From the NCBI GenBank assembly GCA_964270895.1, contig OZ185435.1: a stretch of DNA of 64,000 nt; one strand, given 5' to 3'. This DNA comes from Podarcis filfolensis (lineage: Eukaryota). Below the pieces are notes generated by a model that was given only the letters and a program-made list of their open reading frames with translations, was not told where the DNA came from and did not search any database. The translations under genes and the position numbers were made by a program. Below, piece after piece: positions 47,601 through 60,400 of this stretch; positions within the stretch are counted from its first letter, which is position 1, and each line of letters starts with the position of its first letter.

Positions 47601-50508
47601 TAATTTGCAAGCAAAGCTACCTGGAAAAAATACGGACATGTTTATATAGTGTAAGTGTAGGTTATTCCAACTAAGGCATTTTTTTTGTACTTTGGAAGAT
47701 GGGATAATATTGGAATACCTGCTGTTTGCAACTTCTACAGAACAGATGTATCTAACCCATTGTTTTTCCAGTACACCGAAAGAAGACCTTCCCAAACCTG
47801 TACATCTCTGAAATGCAGTATTGACTTGATTCTTAACTGCAGGGCCTTCGTATCATTGCTCAAAATATCTAACTTTACACCAATATTAGCCATTCTTTTT
47901 ATAGTGACACTATGCTTAGTAAAAAAACTTCTAAGCACTGAGGTCAGGTGTTGAGATTGGATTCTAGTTTATTTTTTATGAATCAGATAAAGATTTCTGT
48001 GCATGAGACCGTATGTGAAGATGAGAGAACAAGAACATTTCCATATCAAAGGCAATATATCTGAGGCTGCATAGTAATTAAAATGCAGTGGTTTGGACTC
48101 TGCGCTATCACTTAAGCAGAGCATTGTTGGGATCTTGTACAGAATGCAGCCGGTTGCCTCTTGCATACTTCTAGAAATACACTTGCAATTTTGCACAAAC
48201 ATTTATGCCAGTCCACACTTTTCTGTGGATAATTTGTATTTCATCCAAGCCATTCAAAGCCAGAGCTATTTTATTTTTTTTGAGCAACCCCCTCATTATG
48301 GCTTTTGTGCATCAACTATTTTTATTCCGGTTGTTTGTATTTCCTCTTACCAGAATGATGGCTTGTTTATATTCACATTCACTTTATATTTCCTAAGACT
48401 TCCCCCTCCCAACCCTGTCTCACATTTGTATTTTGTGATTGGAAAAAATTCTTTAATTTTGAGGTCAGAATGGGACTCTTTCATAGCCTAATTGAAGAGA
48501 GCACAAAAGGTTACATGTTGCATTTTAGGGTAAATCTACTGTATGATAAGGAGAGTTTTTCTTTTAAATATACAATGCACATTTCCTAGTTATGACTCAT
48601 CCTTACACAATGTAAAGATGAACAAATTCCTCAGAAGAATGCACTGCGCTCTAGGCACACCTTTTCACAACTCTGCTTTCCTCGGGTTATATTTGTAGGG
48701 GGAGTTAAATCATTTTGGTTTCTTATGCTAATACTCAATTGATTTCAGAAGTGAAAGAAACCAGCATATTGGGTATTATTCTTGTTTCTTTTGGAATTTT
48801 TTATTATTATCACCATGCCTGGTCTTAGAGATTGTTTTTAAAACTTTAAGATTATAATTGAATTAAGAAACTGGTGCTTGAATAGAAAACAGCATTTTGG
48901 GTGAACTGTTAAAAGTAAGCAATCTAAGAAATTTATAATATAATAATAATATAATATAATAATAATTCTTATTTGCAGGAGTTGGTGTTTTAAGCTTCAG
49001 AGTCATGGCCAAATCTTAGCATAGGCAGGGTAGGATGTATCTACTCATCCACATTCCCTGGCAGTTTCAACTGGCTCACATAATCCTAACTTCCTCTCCT
49101 AAATATATTTTAGTGGCGCATCAGTGGATTACGTGATGGACCTTGTCATCCCGCTTTTTAAATTCTACTGCTGTGTGTAAGAAATACAATAGAAATGAAA
49201 ACACTCTTGAAGTGCAGCTGGGTATTTTTCTTCTCTTTTCATGATTCAAATGTCTTGCACTGAGCAGTGTTGTCAGCTTATACTATATTCTGTGTTACCA
49301 ATAAGGCAAAGTTGGGTTCACACAACCTCCCGCCCCCCCGAAGTGTTTTCCCAGTGACTTCTTATGCAGAGCTGTTTGGAACTAGGTCATGTAAAGGATC
49401 AGAACTATATGTTCATGTTGCAAAATAACACACATTTGACAAGTGGCCTTTTTGAGGCATGCTGAGCTTGCGTTGATCTTGATGTGTGTCAGATCTTTCA
49501 TGTGACCTCTTTCTCCATGAAGCACATGGAGGGTGATTGTAAAAATGAACTTGTGATGAGAGTAAAATAGTTAAAGTCATTTGAATCCACCTTTAGCCTC
49601 AGTTAGTGTGATGCCTCAGGCTATGTGGTACACAAAATACTCTGGGGGCCTTCTGGATGGAAGGTGTTAATGTACAGAGGGGATTTTGTTTTTATAGTAC
49701 CAAATAGTTGTAAAAGGTTACATAGATTCAGTCTCATTTTATGAGCTATTTCAGAAAGCAAGACTGGTCTTATGGGGTACAGTAGATAAACAGCATTTGA
49801 AGCTTTAAACTTATTCCTGGAATGTTGGGTGCTTATTTCTGGAATGTTGGATGCTATTAAAATAATGCAGATTGCCTTAGATATTCCTTAAGGGTTTTTT
49901 TGTGTGAAAACTTATACTGCGTCAGACAATAAATAAACTGTTTATCACAGTTCTTTGTTACTTGGCTTTCTTAAGCAAGCTATTATTCTGTTACAATTCA
50001 GTTGTGATTATATTATTCTATTACAATTCAGTTGAGACTTGTATTTAGTCTTAATTCTTCACATTAAAGTTTGGGGTTTTTTTTGTCCCTTTGGAACACT
50101 GAAATTGTTGGAACCATAAGGCTTCTAATTTTCCTTCCACCTTCTTGAGGTCTGTTGGGATCCAATAGGCCCCATTTGGGCTGATGCTTCTGATGTCCCC
50201 CCCTCCCCCCTTCTAAAGGCAGCACAGCCTACTGTACTGAAAGCTACTCAGGGGACTTTGGGAGTGGTCTTCAAAGCAGCGCAAGAAGTGGCAGGTTAGC
50301 AGCTGAAAACAGGAATTACTTGACCACCACTTGCATGTACCTAAGGACCTCTTTGGATTCTTGCTTTATTATTCAGTATAGTTGTGAGACAGCAACTCAG
50401 ATTTCATGCATGCATTTGGGATAACACTGCGTCCATAAAGTTCTATCCTACAAAAAGCAAATGGGCCATAGAATAAATGAACTGATCTTTGTTTGTTTGT
50501 TTCAAAAG

Positions 50509-50555
50509 ATGTGCCCTTTTGTGCTCTGTGGGAAGAGTTGTACGAACAGATCCAG
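50509..50555 (+). other. Candidate 47-nt cassette exon starting with ATG
   Basis: Branch-like CTGAT (50482-86), T-rich tract, AAG acceptor (50508) and CAG|GTAATT donor (50556). Confidence 0.35.
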
Positions 50556-52910
50556 GTAATTGGACGGAGGTCTAGGGTTTTCCTTTCACCATTTCCTTTT
50601 GTGCCAAAAGTGCATACAGTGTTTATTGCCAATGATAAAAGTGATTCCTACAACAGGCCACAAGCTGCAACAGCCTGTAGTCGAAAAAGGTATTTATGCA
50701 TGCAAACAGGCTAATTTACATGAATACATTTTTTTCTTCTTATTTGCATTAGTGTGTAGTACTAAGGATAAATATTTTGATTTTAAACTTAGGCTTGCTA
50801 CTTTAAAATGTAGTTTGTTAAATAGTTTAAATTCTCTTACTAAGTTTTTTTCAGTATACAGACTCTGGTAAAACTTTGATCCCACTCAAATCTATAATTT
50901 TGATAGTTGCATTGAGCTACTGAGTGTGTTTCCCTTCTTTTCTCCGTTCTAGTTTCAGAATGAACCAGAATGATTTTGTACATTTTGCAGTACATGACAA
51001 AGAGCATGCTGTTTTAATATTATTGTATAGAAGGCTATGAGAAAAAAGAATGAAGGGAGAGACAAACGAATGTTTCTACTTCTCTTCCTTCTCTCTTTGT
51101 AAAAGAATTAGGAAGAAGAAGGTGCGGAGGGACAATGCTGCACATTTTTAACATCAAAGAGAAAAGTTGCCATAGTTGCAGCCGTAAGCATGAAGTCACT
51201 AGTGTACTTCTTAATTATGGTACAAACCTGCGGCGCTTGTGTAGAATTGGGCTCTGTGGATTGGATCAGTCATTTTATATGGAGCTACACAATTTCTGCT
51301 CAGTGTAATATGCCTATTCCAAATGACTGGTATAAATTTGGGTTGACTATGATTCGCCTTTTCCTTCCCTACTTGTCTTTTTTTTTTTTGAGAGAGAGAG
51401 AGGTAGGAATATAGCAAGGGGGTTATATAGAGAATGTTAAGGACGTTATGTGTTCAAAGCAAAAGGTGTTAATAGTTAATAGTTTATGAAACAACAAAAA
51501 CAAAAAAATGTATGGGGAATAGCAAAACGTAACTTGCATTCTTCATTACTCATTAGTGCTGGTTATGATTTATGGTATATCTTCCCAGTGAACAGAAAAT
51601 GCATATATCTCTAGACAGCTCTGTGCTTTTTCACTGAATTCCAAGCCGCTGTTTTAAAAAAATGCAGTGAAATCCTATACATATTTAAAACTTCGTCTCA
51701 CTTAGTTCAATTTGGCTTATACCCAGGTAGGTGGGTATAGGATTGCAGCCTTAAACAGTGCTCCAGGAAATAACACTTTGCTGTCTTTGACACATCCAAT
51801 TAATGCTATTTTCCTTTTTTTTTTTTTTTGAAATTGTGAGTAGAACAAGGGAAGCAGGCATCTGAAGCCAGAACAAATGAGAACTTAGGAAAAATAAGAG
51901 ATGGACTTGTTTAAAAAGAGAGGAAAGCGGGAGAGAAGCTACAGGGTAGTGATAATTTTTATCAAACACGCCAATCCTCAGCCTGTGGCTATATTTGCTG
52001 AAATGCCAACAACACTGATTGTTTCTGTAGGTATCGCTCAAAAGAGTTCCTCTTTTTTTGAACTGTTTTCACTCACTCACTCAACCCTATATGTCCTCAT
52101 CTACATATTGTTGGAGACAGGAACACATTTAGCTCTTTAGCCTAGTCACTGCACACTGTGGGGCAAGGAACCAGACAAAAAACCAGTGCTTAAAATAAGT
52201 GTACAATTTATTGAAGAATAGCAAAAAAAAAAAGAAAGAAAGAAAGAAACAAGCAAAGTTCAAACTGGTCTAGCAACTTTGGGGTGAAATATAAAGCAGA
52301 TAGAGATAGAAGGGAGCTGATACCAAATGTGGTGGAGGCAAAGGCAGTGGTTGCCTGGTAGACATGCATGGAGCTGAATTAGGTTATGGAGAGAAATTAA
52401 CATGCAAATATATGTTGTTGCAAAGTAGATAGGTACCTATGCAAGACCAAACAGAAACCAAAGTTTAAATATTACTTATTTCAAAGTGGGAGGGGTAGGC
52501 AGTAGCATTTAATTGGGGGTTGCAGTAAATTGAGACTGTCCTCAGGATAAGGATGTTGGGAACATACTGGATGCCTCTAGTTGCCAGCAAACAATGAGAG
52601 AAACAGCTGCAATAGGAGATGCACATGTTTTGTGCCTCTCCTGCAGCACTGGCTAATCCAAGTAAAATCAAAACAGTGTATCCAGTCCATATATTGAAAA
52701 CAGGTGTCAAAAGAGGAGTTGCTTTTGAAAAGTTGAAGTAAATATTAATCTTCTCAATTTTTTTGGGCTCAGGATTGTTACCTTGCAGCCAGTGAGTCAC
52801 ATCCAGCCCACCATGCTATGGGATGTAGGCTGCCAGACCTTGCCTGCAGCCTTAGCTCCTGTTCTGATTGGATGATTAAGTCTTCTTCCTTGATTAGAAG
52901 ATAAAGTGCA

Positions 52911-53047
52911 GGAAAGGGCCATAGCTCATTGGTAGAGTATCTGCCTTGTATGCAGGAAGGTCCCAGGTTCAACCCCAGACATCTCCAGGTAGTGCTGCAA
53001 AGACTCCCAGTTTAAAATCCTTCAGACAGTACTGAGCTAGATGGACT
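52911..53047 (+). mobile_element. tRNA-derived SINE, same family, abutting an L2 fragment
   Basis: TAGCTCATTGG A-box, GGTTCAACCC B-box, gacagtactgagctagatggac. Confidence 0.7.
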
Positions 53048-53052
53048 ATTAA

Positions 53053-53345
53053 ACTACTGCAATGCACTCTATGCGGGTCTGCCTTTGAAGGTGATGTGGA
53101 AACACCACAAAATCAGAATGCAAGCAGCTGGACTAGTGACTGGGAGCGGCCACTGGGACCATATAACACCGGTCCTAAAGGGTCTACATTGGCTCCCAAT
53201 ACGTTTCCAAGCACAATTCAAAGTGTTGGTGCTAACTTAAAAGCCCTAAACAGCCTCAGTCATGTAAACCTGAAGGAATATCTCCACCCTGTCATTCACC
53301 CAGACACCAAGATCCAGCTCCTAGGGCCTTCTAGGTTCCCTCACT
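53053..53345 (+). mobile_element. L2 LINE ORF2 3' fragment
   Basis: Translates to YCNALYAGLPLK...HITPVLKGLHWLPIRFQAQFKVLVLT, typical of the L2 C-terminus, with frameshifts and a stop. Confidence 0.85.
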
Positions 53346-55116
53346 GCAAGAAGTAATGTTACAGGGAGCTGGCTAAAAAGGAAATTGCAGGTATCCATAC
53401 AACCCACCCTCTTTCCCCAGAATAAGGGTCTTATGCGTGAATCCTTTGCTTGCTTTTCTATTCGGTGTGTTGTCTGCTTCTTTTTGTATGTTGGCATGGA
53501 TATTGCCTGGTTTTTGTTGTTGCTGTTTATTTGTTTTGGGGTACCGTGCAGGTGACTTGCTTGTTTGCAGGTGGATGGGCTCTGAACACCACCTGTTTTT
53601 CTTCTGTGGCTTGGGTATCTTGGCCCCTGATTGTTCCTTAGATTTCCAAATGTGTCCCCGTGCCCCAAAACATTGTTGCCAAGCGTGGTCTGTTGCAGTA
53701 TTTATAAAATTAGTGAAAAACTTTATTTCCCACCAGGCATTTTGGAATAGTCAAGCTAGCAGCTGTTTTTATACTGGACAGATATTTTCACTGCTGTTCG
53801 TAGACTTATAGTGCATTTTTATTTATTTACCATGTATATATTTAAATCATTTATTTCCCTCTTTACCAAAAAGTTAAATCTTGCTAGCAAAGGATTTACA
53901 CATACAGTAAAAATAGGGAAGAACTACAAAGACAACAAAGACACTTAAAAGCACCATAACAACAGCAACATGACATAACCAGCTGAAAACAGGGAAATAA
54001 AAACAATACAGAACAACAGTTTTTATCTATCTTGTTCTATGTCTTTTTTGTTTCTGTTTTATATTTTATTGTTTTACAGAAATTGTGCTCAATATTATTT
54101 CATAAGCCACTTTAAAGGCCCTTCAGACTGATTGGTGGGGTAGCAAATTTTAAATTAAGCAAGTAAACAGTTGGTAAAATTTGGAGCTTGATTCTGAACA
54201 CACTCTTGCTCTGATGCCTGCAAGAGTGTGAGTGGTTTGCATTGCTCAGGTCCATAAAGCTTTTAGCACATACTTAATCCACTTGCTAGCCTGTGCGAAG
54301 TTCTGCAAAGGTCTGAGTGTATATCGATGGAAATTTCACTTTTTACTTTTACTCATTCCCCCCCCCTACAGTTTTAATGGCAGGCTTGTTAGGTATTTTA
54401 GGATGCACACTTTAACTTGGAGTAAGTTATGCTAAAAACAATGCAATTTACTTCTAAGTAGACATGCACAGGATTGTTCTATAAGTCTTTCAGGTCTTGA
54501 TTTGTCAGCAGATTGGAGCCGGGTGGGGTATGTTGCAGTAGATATGTCTCTGGTTGCATAGTTATTGCTTAAGTGTGCTGTTAAAATATGCTTGGAATGT
54601 GGCTCATTGTGCCTTTGTTTATAGAAAATGAGGTATGCCTATGCAGGTATTGCTGGATATAACTAGTTTGAGTAGGAAGGAGAACGGACAAGTGACCAGA
54701 AACACAGGAAGATAAAGGTTTTATCCATAATTCTACTGCTTTGTTTTTGGGACCTGCTTCTTTCTTCCCACCTCTTGATGTCTTTATATTAATACTCAAT
54801 ATCTGAGGTACAGAGACCTTTTCAAAATGCTAGAGTTGGTTCCCGCTTCATCACCACCAGTGCTACTTCTATAATATTTGCCTTGCCACTTGAATGGAGA
54901 ATAAACCACTGCCATTCCCCTTTCTTCTGCCACACACACACGGAACGTCCCTTATTAACTTGCATTGAGTAAGGAAACTGAGCTTACTGCTTTGGAAAAT
55001 GATGCTATCCAGCTGCTTCTGCTTAGGTGGACAGATGTGGATCTAGTCCTTACTGAGGTTGTTCACGTGTATCTATCTAGGCTGTAGCACTTCAGATCAC
55101 AGGCAGAGGCTTTTGG

Positions 55117-55276
55117 NNNNNNNNNNNNNNNNNNNNNNNNNNNNNNNNNNNNNNNNNNNNNNNNNNNNNNNNNNNNNNNNNNNNNNNNNNNNNNNNNNNN
55201 NNNNNNNNNNNNNNNNNNNNNNNNNNNNNNNNNNNNNNNNNNNNNNNNNNNNNNNNNNNNNNNNNNNNNNNNNNNN
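55117..55276. other. Assembly gap (160 N)
   Basis: Run of N. Confidence 1.
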
Positions 55277-55899
55277 TGGGATGTCAGGCAGAAGTTTTAA
55301 TAGTTTACTACGCTGTTTTACTGCTAGATTGCTATGTGCAGGGAGGTTGTTTTTGTGTGTGTGCACATTGTGGAACATTCAGCCACATGAGCTGCAGTCC
55401 ACACACAGCCTTAAGATACCAGCGGTAACTGGAGCTCATTCACTTTATTCACTGTTTTTGTCAAGCCTTCCCTCAGAAGCAGCATTAAATTTCTACTGGA
55501 TCTCCTAACATCTGACTGCTGCTGGTCATTGGCTAACCCTATTGTAGTACAGACAAGCTCATTGATAAATTGCCAGTATGAATGCATCCCTGTAACAATG
55601 CGAGTTCTGCAGATGGAAGTGATTGAGTGAGCATACGAGGGCTAAGGTGATCTCACAAGTAAACTGGTCCCAAACTGTTAAAGGCTTTCTGTAATACCTT
55701 GAAGTTGGCATGCTAGGAAATTGTCAACCAGTGCAGGTCTCTGAACAGGATGCAGAGTTACACCAAGACTGTCAATCAGCTCCTTTAGCAGGAGTGCAAC
55801 CTTATACAGGGTAGGCAATTGATGAGTGACACAGGAAACACTCACTCACATTGCCTCTGCCTTGCCAGGGTTGAAGCTCAGCTTGTTTCTTCCTCATCC

Positions 55900-56110
55900 A
55901 TCTCACCACTGCATCCAGGCAGTCCAGGGCCTACATGGCCTCTGCCAGTTCAGATGTTGAGCTGCTAGTGTTATCAGGATACAATGGCAGCTTGACCCAA
56001 CACTCCTAATGATCACCCCCTGTGGCTTCATACAGATATTAAATAGCATTTGAGCTAAGATGGCAGAACCATCATGACACTGAAAAACATTCTCCCGATG
56101 CTTTTCTCTG
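55900..56110 (-). mobile_element. L2 LINE reverse-transcriptase relic
   Basis: GSAILAQMLFNICMKPQGVIIRSVG resembles the L2 RT motif GSVLSPMLFNIYMKPLGEVIR. Confidence 0.65.
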
Positions 56111-56352
56111 GACATTCAGACGTAGAACTGCAGCCACTGTGATGAAGTGCTCCCAGTTCCCATTCCTTGGAGCCAATCCAGGAGGGTACCATGGTCAATG
56201 GTATCAAAAACCAAAGAGAGATCAAGAAGCAGAAGCAAAGTCACACACTGCCTGTCCCACTCTGCAAAGGTCATCTCTCCAGATGATCAGTTGTGGACTA
56301 AATGAAGAAACCACAGGTTAAGGCTATATTACAATTACAACATTTCATATAT

Positions 56353-56479
56353 CAGGGATGGGACACCTATGGCCCTGTAAGTGATGGTGGACTCCCAACT
56401 CCCATCAGCCCCAGACAGTATGGCTGGTGGGAGGTAGAGTCTCTAACAGCATCCGTGGGCTGCAGGTTTCCTATCCCTG
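56353..56479. mobile_element. ~125-bp hAT-type MITE; related relics at ~5270-5341, 27238-27358, 58845-58979 and ~59975-60035
   Basis: CAGGGATGGG...CCTATCCCTG termini. Internal ggccc/ggagggccacagg and catcagccccagc motifs are shared among copies. Confidence 0.65.
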
Positions 56480-57327
56480 CCACACATGAAAATAAGGACA
56501 GTATTGTGTTTGAATGGGAAGCCTAGAGGCGGAGACTGACAGCTCTGTAGTGCAGCATTAGTGGACAGTAGCGAAGTGTTATGTATTTAATACAACTTAC
56601 TGTCTCCTAACAGGTTTCTAAGCAACCTTCATTGAATACCATATACATACAAACGTTATAAAATAGAGTGGGGGACATTAACATCCCATAGAACACATCA
56701 GTGATAACAACACTGGATCTGGTCCTTTAGCCATCTTGTGGGCAGGTTCTCTTGTGGAATAGATTTGTTGAGATTCTACCTGAGCAAACATTTGTTCCTT
56801 CAATAAACATTACAAAATCGTCTTTCGATCTTTGGTGGATGCTTATTATGGTTATGGAGTTCTCCAGAGAGATTTGTATCAGCAGGTCTGGTACCTGCAA
56901 CCGTTACAGAATCAAATTTGCTTCCCTCTCTGGACTTCTGTTAGTATATATCCTACTCCATAATATATCTTACGGAGACCTTTTCTTAACTCACCAATTT
57001 CCTTTCTTACAGGGGAACTATCTACTCCACTCCTCCTTACATCCATATAACTTTCTTGTTAGGTTGTCTGTCCTAAGCCCCAGGTTAAATGTAACTTCAG
57101 CTTCATGTCTCCTTGTCTAAGGAAAGTGGCTGCTGGAATCAAAGTTTTACTAGGCAATACATAAATCCTTATCTCTTGACCTTTGGTTTAATTTACTGTT
57201 TTTGACACAATTGTGAGTAGTTTAGATTTTTGGTATGCTAGGACGTTTACTAAAGCTTGCATATTAATATCCAAAGATTAAAAAATGAAACTAACAGTTT
57301 CCGGAGAGACAGCTGTGAGCTGTGTTA

Positions 57328-57415
57328 CTCTGTTGCAGTATTGTAGCACCTTAAAGGCTAATAGATGTATTTATAGCATAAGCTATTGTGGTACAGTCCA
57401 CTTTTATCAGATGCA
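57328..57415 (-). mobile_element. Older Penelope-like terminal relic with decayed hammerhead
   Basis: Minus strand reads GCAT CTGATAA AA GTGGACTGTACCAC AATA GCTT ATGC...ttagcctttaaggtgctac. Confidence 0.55.
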
Positions 57416-60400
57416 AAACACACTGGGTTATCCAGTGGTGTCCATCCACTACAGAAGGATTCCTTCATCAGATTGGTGTGTATGTTGCTGTTTTAAGTGA
57501 TTCCCCTTACTAAATGCACCCCCTAAGATGTTCAGGAGGGCCAGGGGACTCCCCGAAACAGATGGCGGGGAAGCTGGGGGCTGTATGGTGGAGAAGAAAT
57601 GACCAAAAAAAAAAATGCTCCCCTCACAGTTTTGTTGACATATTCCCTCTATCAGTGGGCAGAAAGTGTTGGATACCACCCACTATGCTTGATGAATGCA
57701 AATTGGTCAGAGGCTAGATTTTGGAAACTTTAAAAATTGCTTTTTTTTGCTCCAAATCAACACGGTTTAATTCAAGCTGTATTTGGAATGACATACTGGC
57801 TTTTGAAGAAAGCAAATAAATTTAGCAACCTAATTTTTCATGACCTAAACTAGTTACATGTGAGTCTTCAAATGTTTTGAATAGAGATGAACTCTTCTAT
57901 GCCAGCTGCAATCCTTGCCTAAGTTACTTATGCTGTTAAGTTACATCCAGACTTGACGGTTGTAATTTGCTCTACATGAGGCTGTCTTTGAAGGAGGCTT
58001 GGAAGCTTCAGCTAGTACAGGATACGGCTCCCCAAATGCTTGTGGGAGCATATCACTCCAATAATAAATATTGGCTGCACTGCCAGCCTATTTGCTTCTG
58101 AACTCAATTTGAAGTGCTGGTTTAAACCCCTAAACTGTTTGGGACAAATTATTTGATGGCTCACTTGCAACAAAGGAGTGCTTCTGCAGCTTGATTTTGG
58201 CCAAGGAGGCCCTGCTTGCAGACCCAGCAATAGATACAAATGAAAACATAAGACAGATCTCATTTTGATCATGACCCCCTTCTATAAAACTCCCTGTTTA
58301 CTTTTGGGTGCTAAAACAAAATCTTTTATTTGCCTTCATCTAGGAAAGTTGGGTGCCTTATTTAGTCTTGCTCTTGTTTCAAATTCTTTTAGCGTATGGA
58401 CATTTTGTGATGTGATACTGATGGCTTGATGTTTGATGCTCCTTTTTTAGTTTCTGTCTTTTAGAAACTTTTAAATTCATTGTGGTTTTAATGATTCTTT
58501 ATAGTTTTATAACAGAGCCACTTTGGGGAGTCCCTGGTTTTTGAAAACTGACATGAAAATGTATTTAAAAAATGAAATATTTCTTTCTGGAAATAAGTGC
58601 ACTACAAGAGTCTGTTCAGAGTCAAACCCATGTAAAAATGCTGTGCTCCTTTTATTTTTATTTTATTTATTAAATATGGATATCACCCTTCATCCATAGA
58701 TATCAGGGTGGTTCAAATCTGATGAATGTTTCCGATACTGCATTCGCTTTTGTTTAGGTTTATTACTCTGGTATTTGGCAGGTGAGAGAGATGGTTATAA
58801 ACAAGCAGGTTGTATATTGTACATAATGTCGCTATAATCCAAATTGGGGTAGGGAAGCTATGGCCCTGCAGATGTTGCTCCAGACTTGCATTATCTCTGA
58901 CCTGAGCCAGCCTTGCTGGATGGGGCTGATAGGAGGTGAAGTCCAACAACATTTGGAGGCCCACAGTGTCCTAACCCTGTTCTAAATGATTGTCAGTATC
59001 AGTAAGAGTAACATCAATAAGAGCATCATTTCCTGTTGTTCTGAGATCTCTATATAGCTTGTGTCAGACTGAAGAAAATTATTTAAGTTAAGCTACAATC
59101 TGAAACGCCCTTCCTTAGAAAGACTTTCTAAATAAATGTGACTGAATTCTTGGGAACTGCTCTTAGAGTGAGGTATGCTATTAAAACTATTAATAATGTG
59201 TGAAAATCTGCTTAATATTCTCAGACTTTGTAATGTGGAGTGATTCAATCTGGCTCCCCCCTCTTTCCCCCCCCCTCCAAAGTTGCAGCTGGCGTATTTG
59301 CAGTGACAATATTGAATCTTCTCTCTAGTGACTCTAGTGCCAGGTCTCATGGAAAAGTCAGGAAGGTACAGCCCTGCTAGGTCTCAATCCTTGTCACTTC
59401 TGGGGCACAACAGTGAAACTGTTTGTTCCTGACAGGAGACAAGCCCACTGCAGGGCCTTGGTTTCATGTTACATTAAGTATTACTGCTGTTCTTTCAGGA
59501 GGCATTATGCTATGACATCAAAGATTTTCTGACAGGCCAGTTGCGGGGTTAGCACTCAAGCTGTCTACTGAAATTTTTAAGGATGGGATTAAATATATAT
59601 GATTGGATTTAATATGAGCTGGGAAACCACAAATAAGATATAACTGGTGGTTAAGAAAAGTTGAGAGGAATGATAATTTGGCCCTGACCTATTTGTCCAT
59701 GTGCTGGATAGTTGTAATTTGTTAGGATATGTTAGCTTTTCAAAACGCTTATACAGCTGTCCTCTCTTCCTAGAAAGATATTGTAACAGAAGCTGCTTCA
59801 TAGAAATAATCTTTAATGACATGATAAATACTTGTTGTGGTAGCATTAGTTATGAATTAATGCAGATCATTAGACTATTAATTTATTAGAATGAGCAGCA
59901 TATAGACTGGATAAGGAGTTACACTGGCTTTAAAGGTGAACAAAATGTTACCTGTAAATTGGGGCAGCTATCCTGGGTGGTCCTCCAGATTTTGCTGGGA
60001 CCCAGCACCCATCATTCCTGTCCATAAGCCATGCTGTAAATAGGGAAATGGTTTCTTTTTATACTTCAGCTTGGCAACAAATTACAAATATAAGGCACAG
60101 CATAAGGCCTCCTGACACAAAATGGATCAGTGTGTCTACCTGTCAACCTTGAATTTATTTTGTTTGTAAACTTTGCACAAGTTTGCAGAGTGTTTCAACC
60201 AACGGTCTAAACAAATTAACTTACTAACATTGCTGTGCTCTACATGTTGGCATATTATAATCAATGGGATTTATTCCTACATAAGTACGCATGGAATTCT
60301 AGCCTTTGTTATTGGCTGTAAATTAAGTCATAGAATCACATAATTGTAGAGTTGGAATAAGCAATAATATAACTTGTTTTAGGACAGGATTTTAATCTCT

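Noticed and set aside
52911-52985. Possible tRNA gene (also 24848-24920)
   Set aside because: A/B boxes are present, but the sequence continues into a SINE body shared by both copies and gives no clean cloverleaf.
55059-55508. 149-aa ORF
   Set aside because: Created by reading through the N gap.
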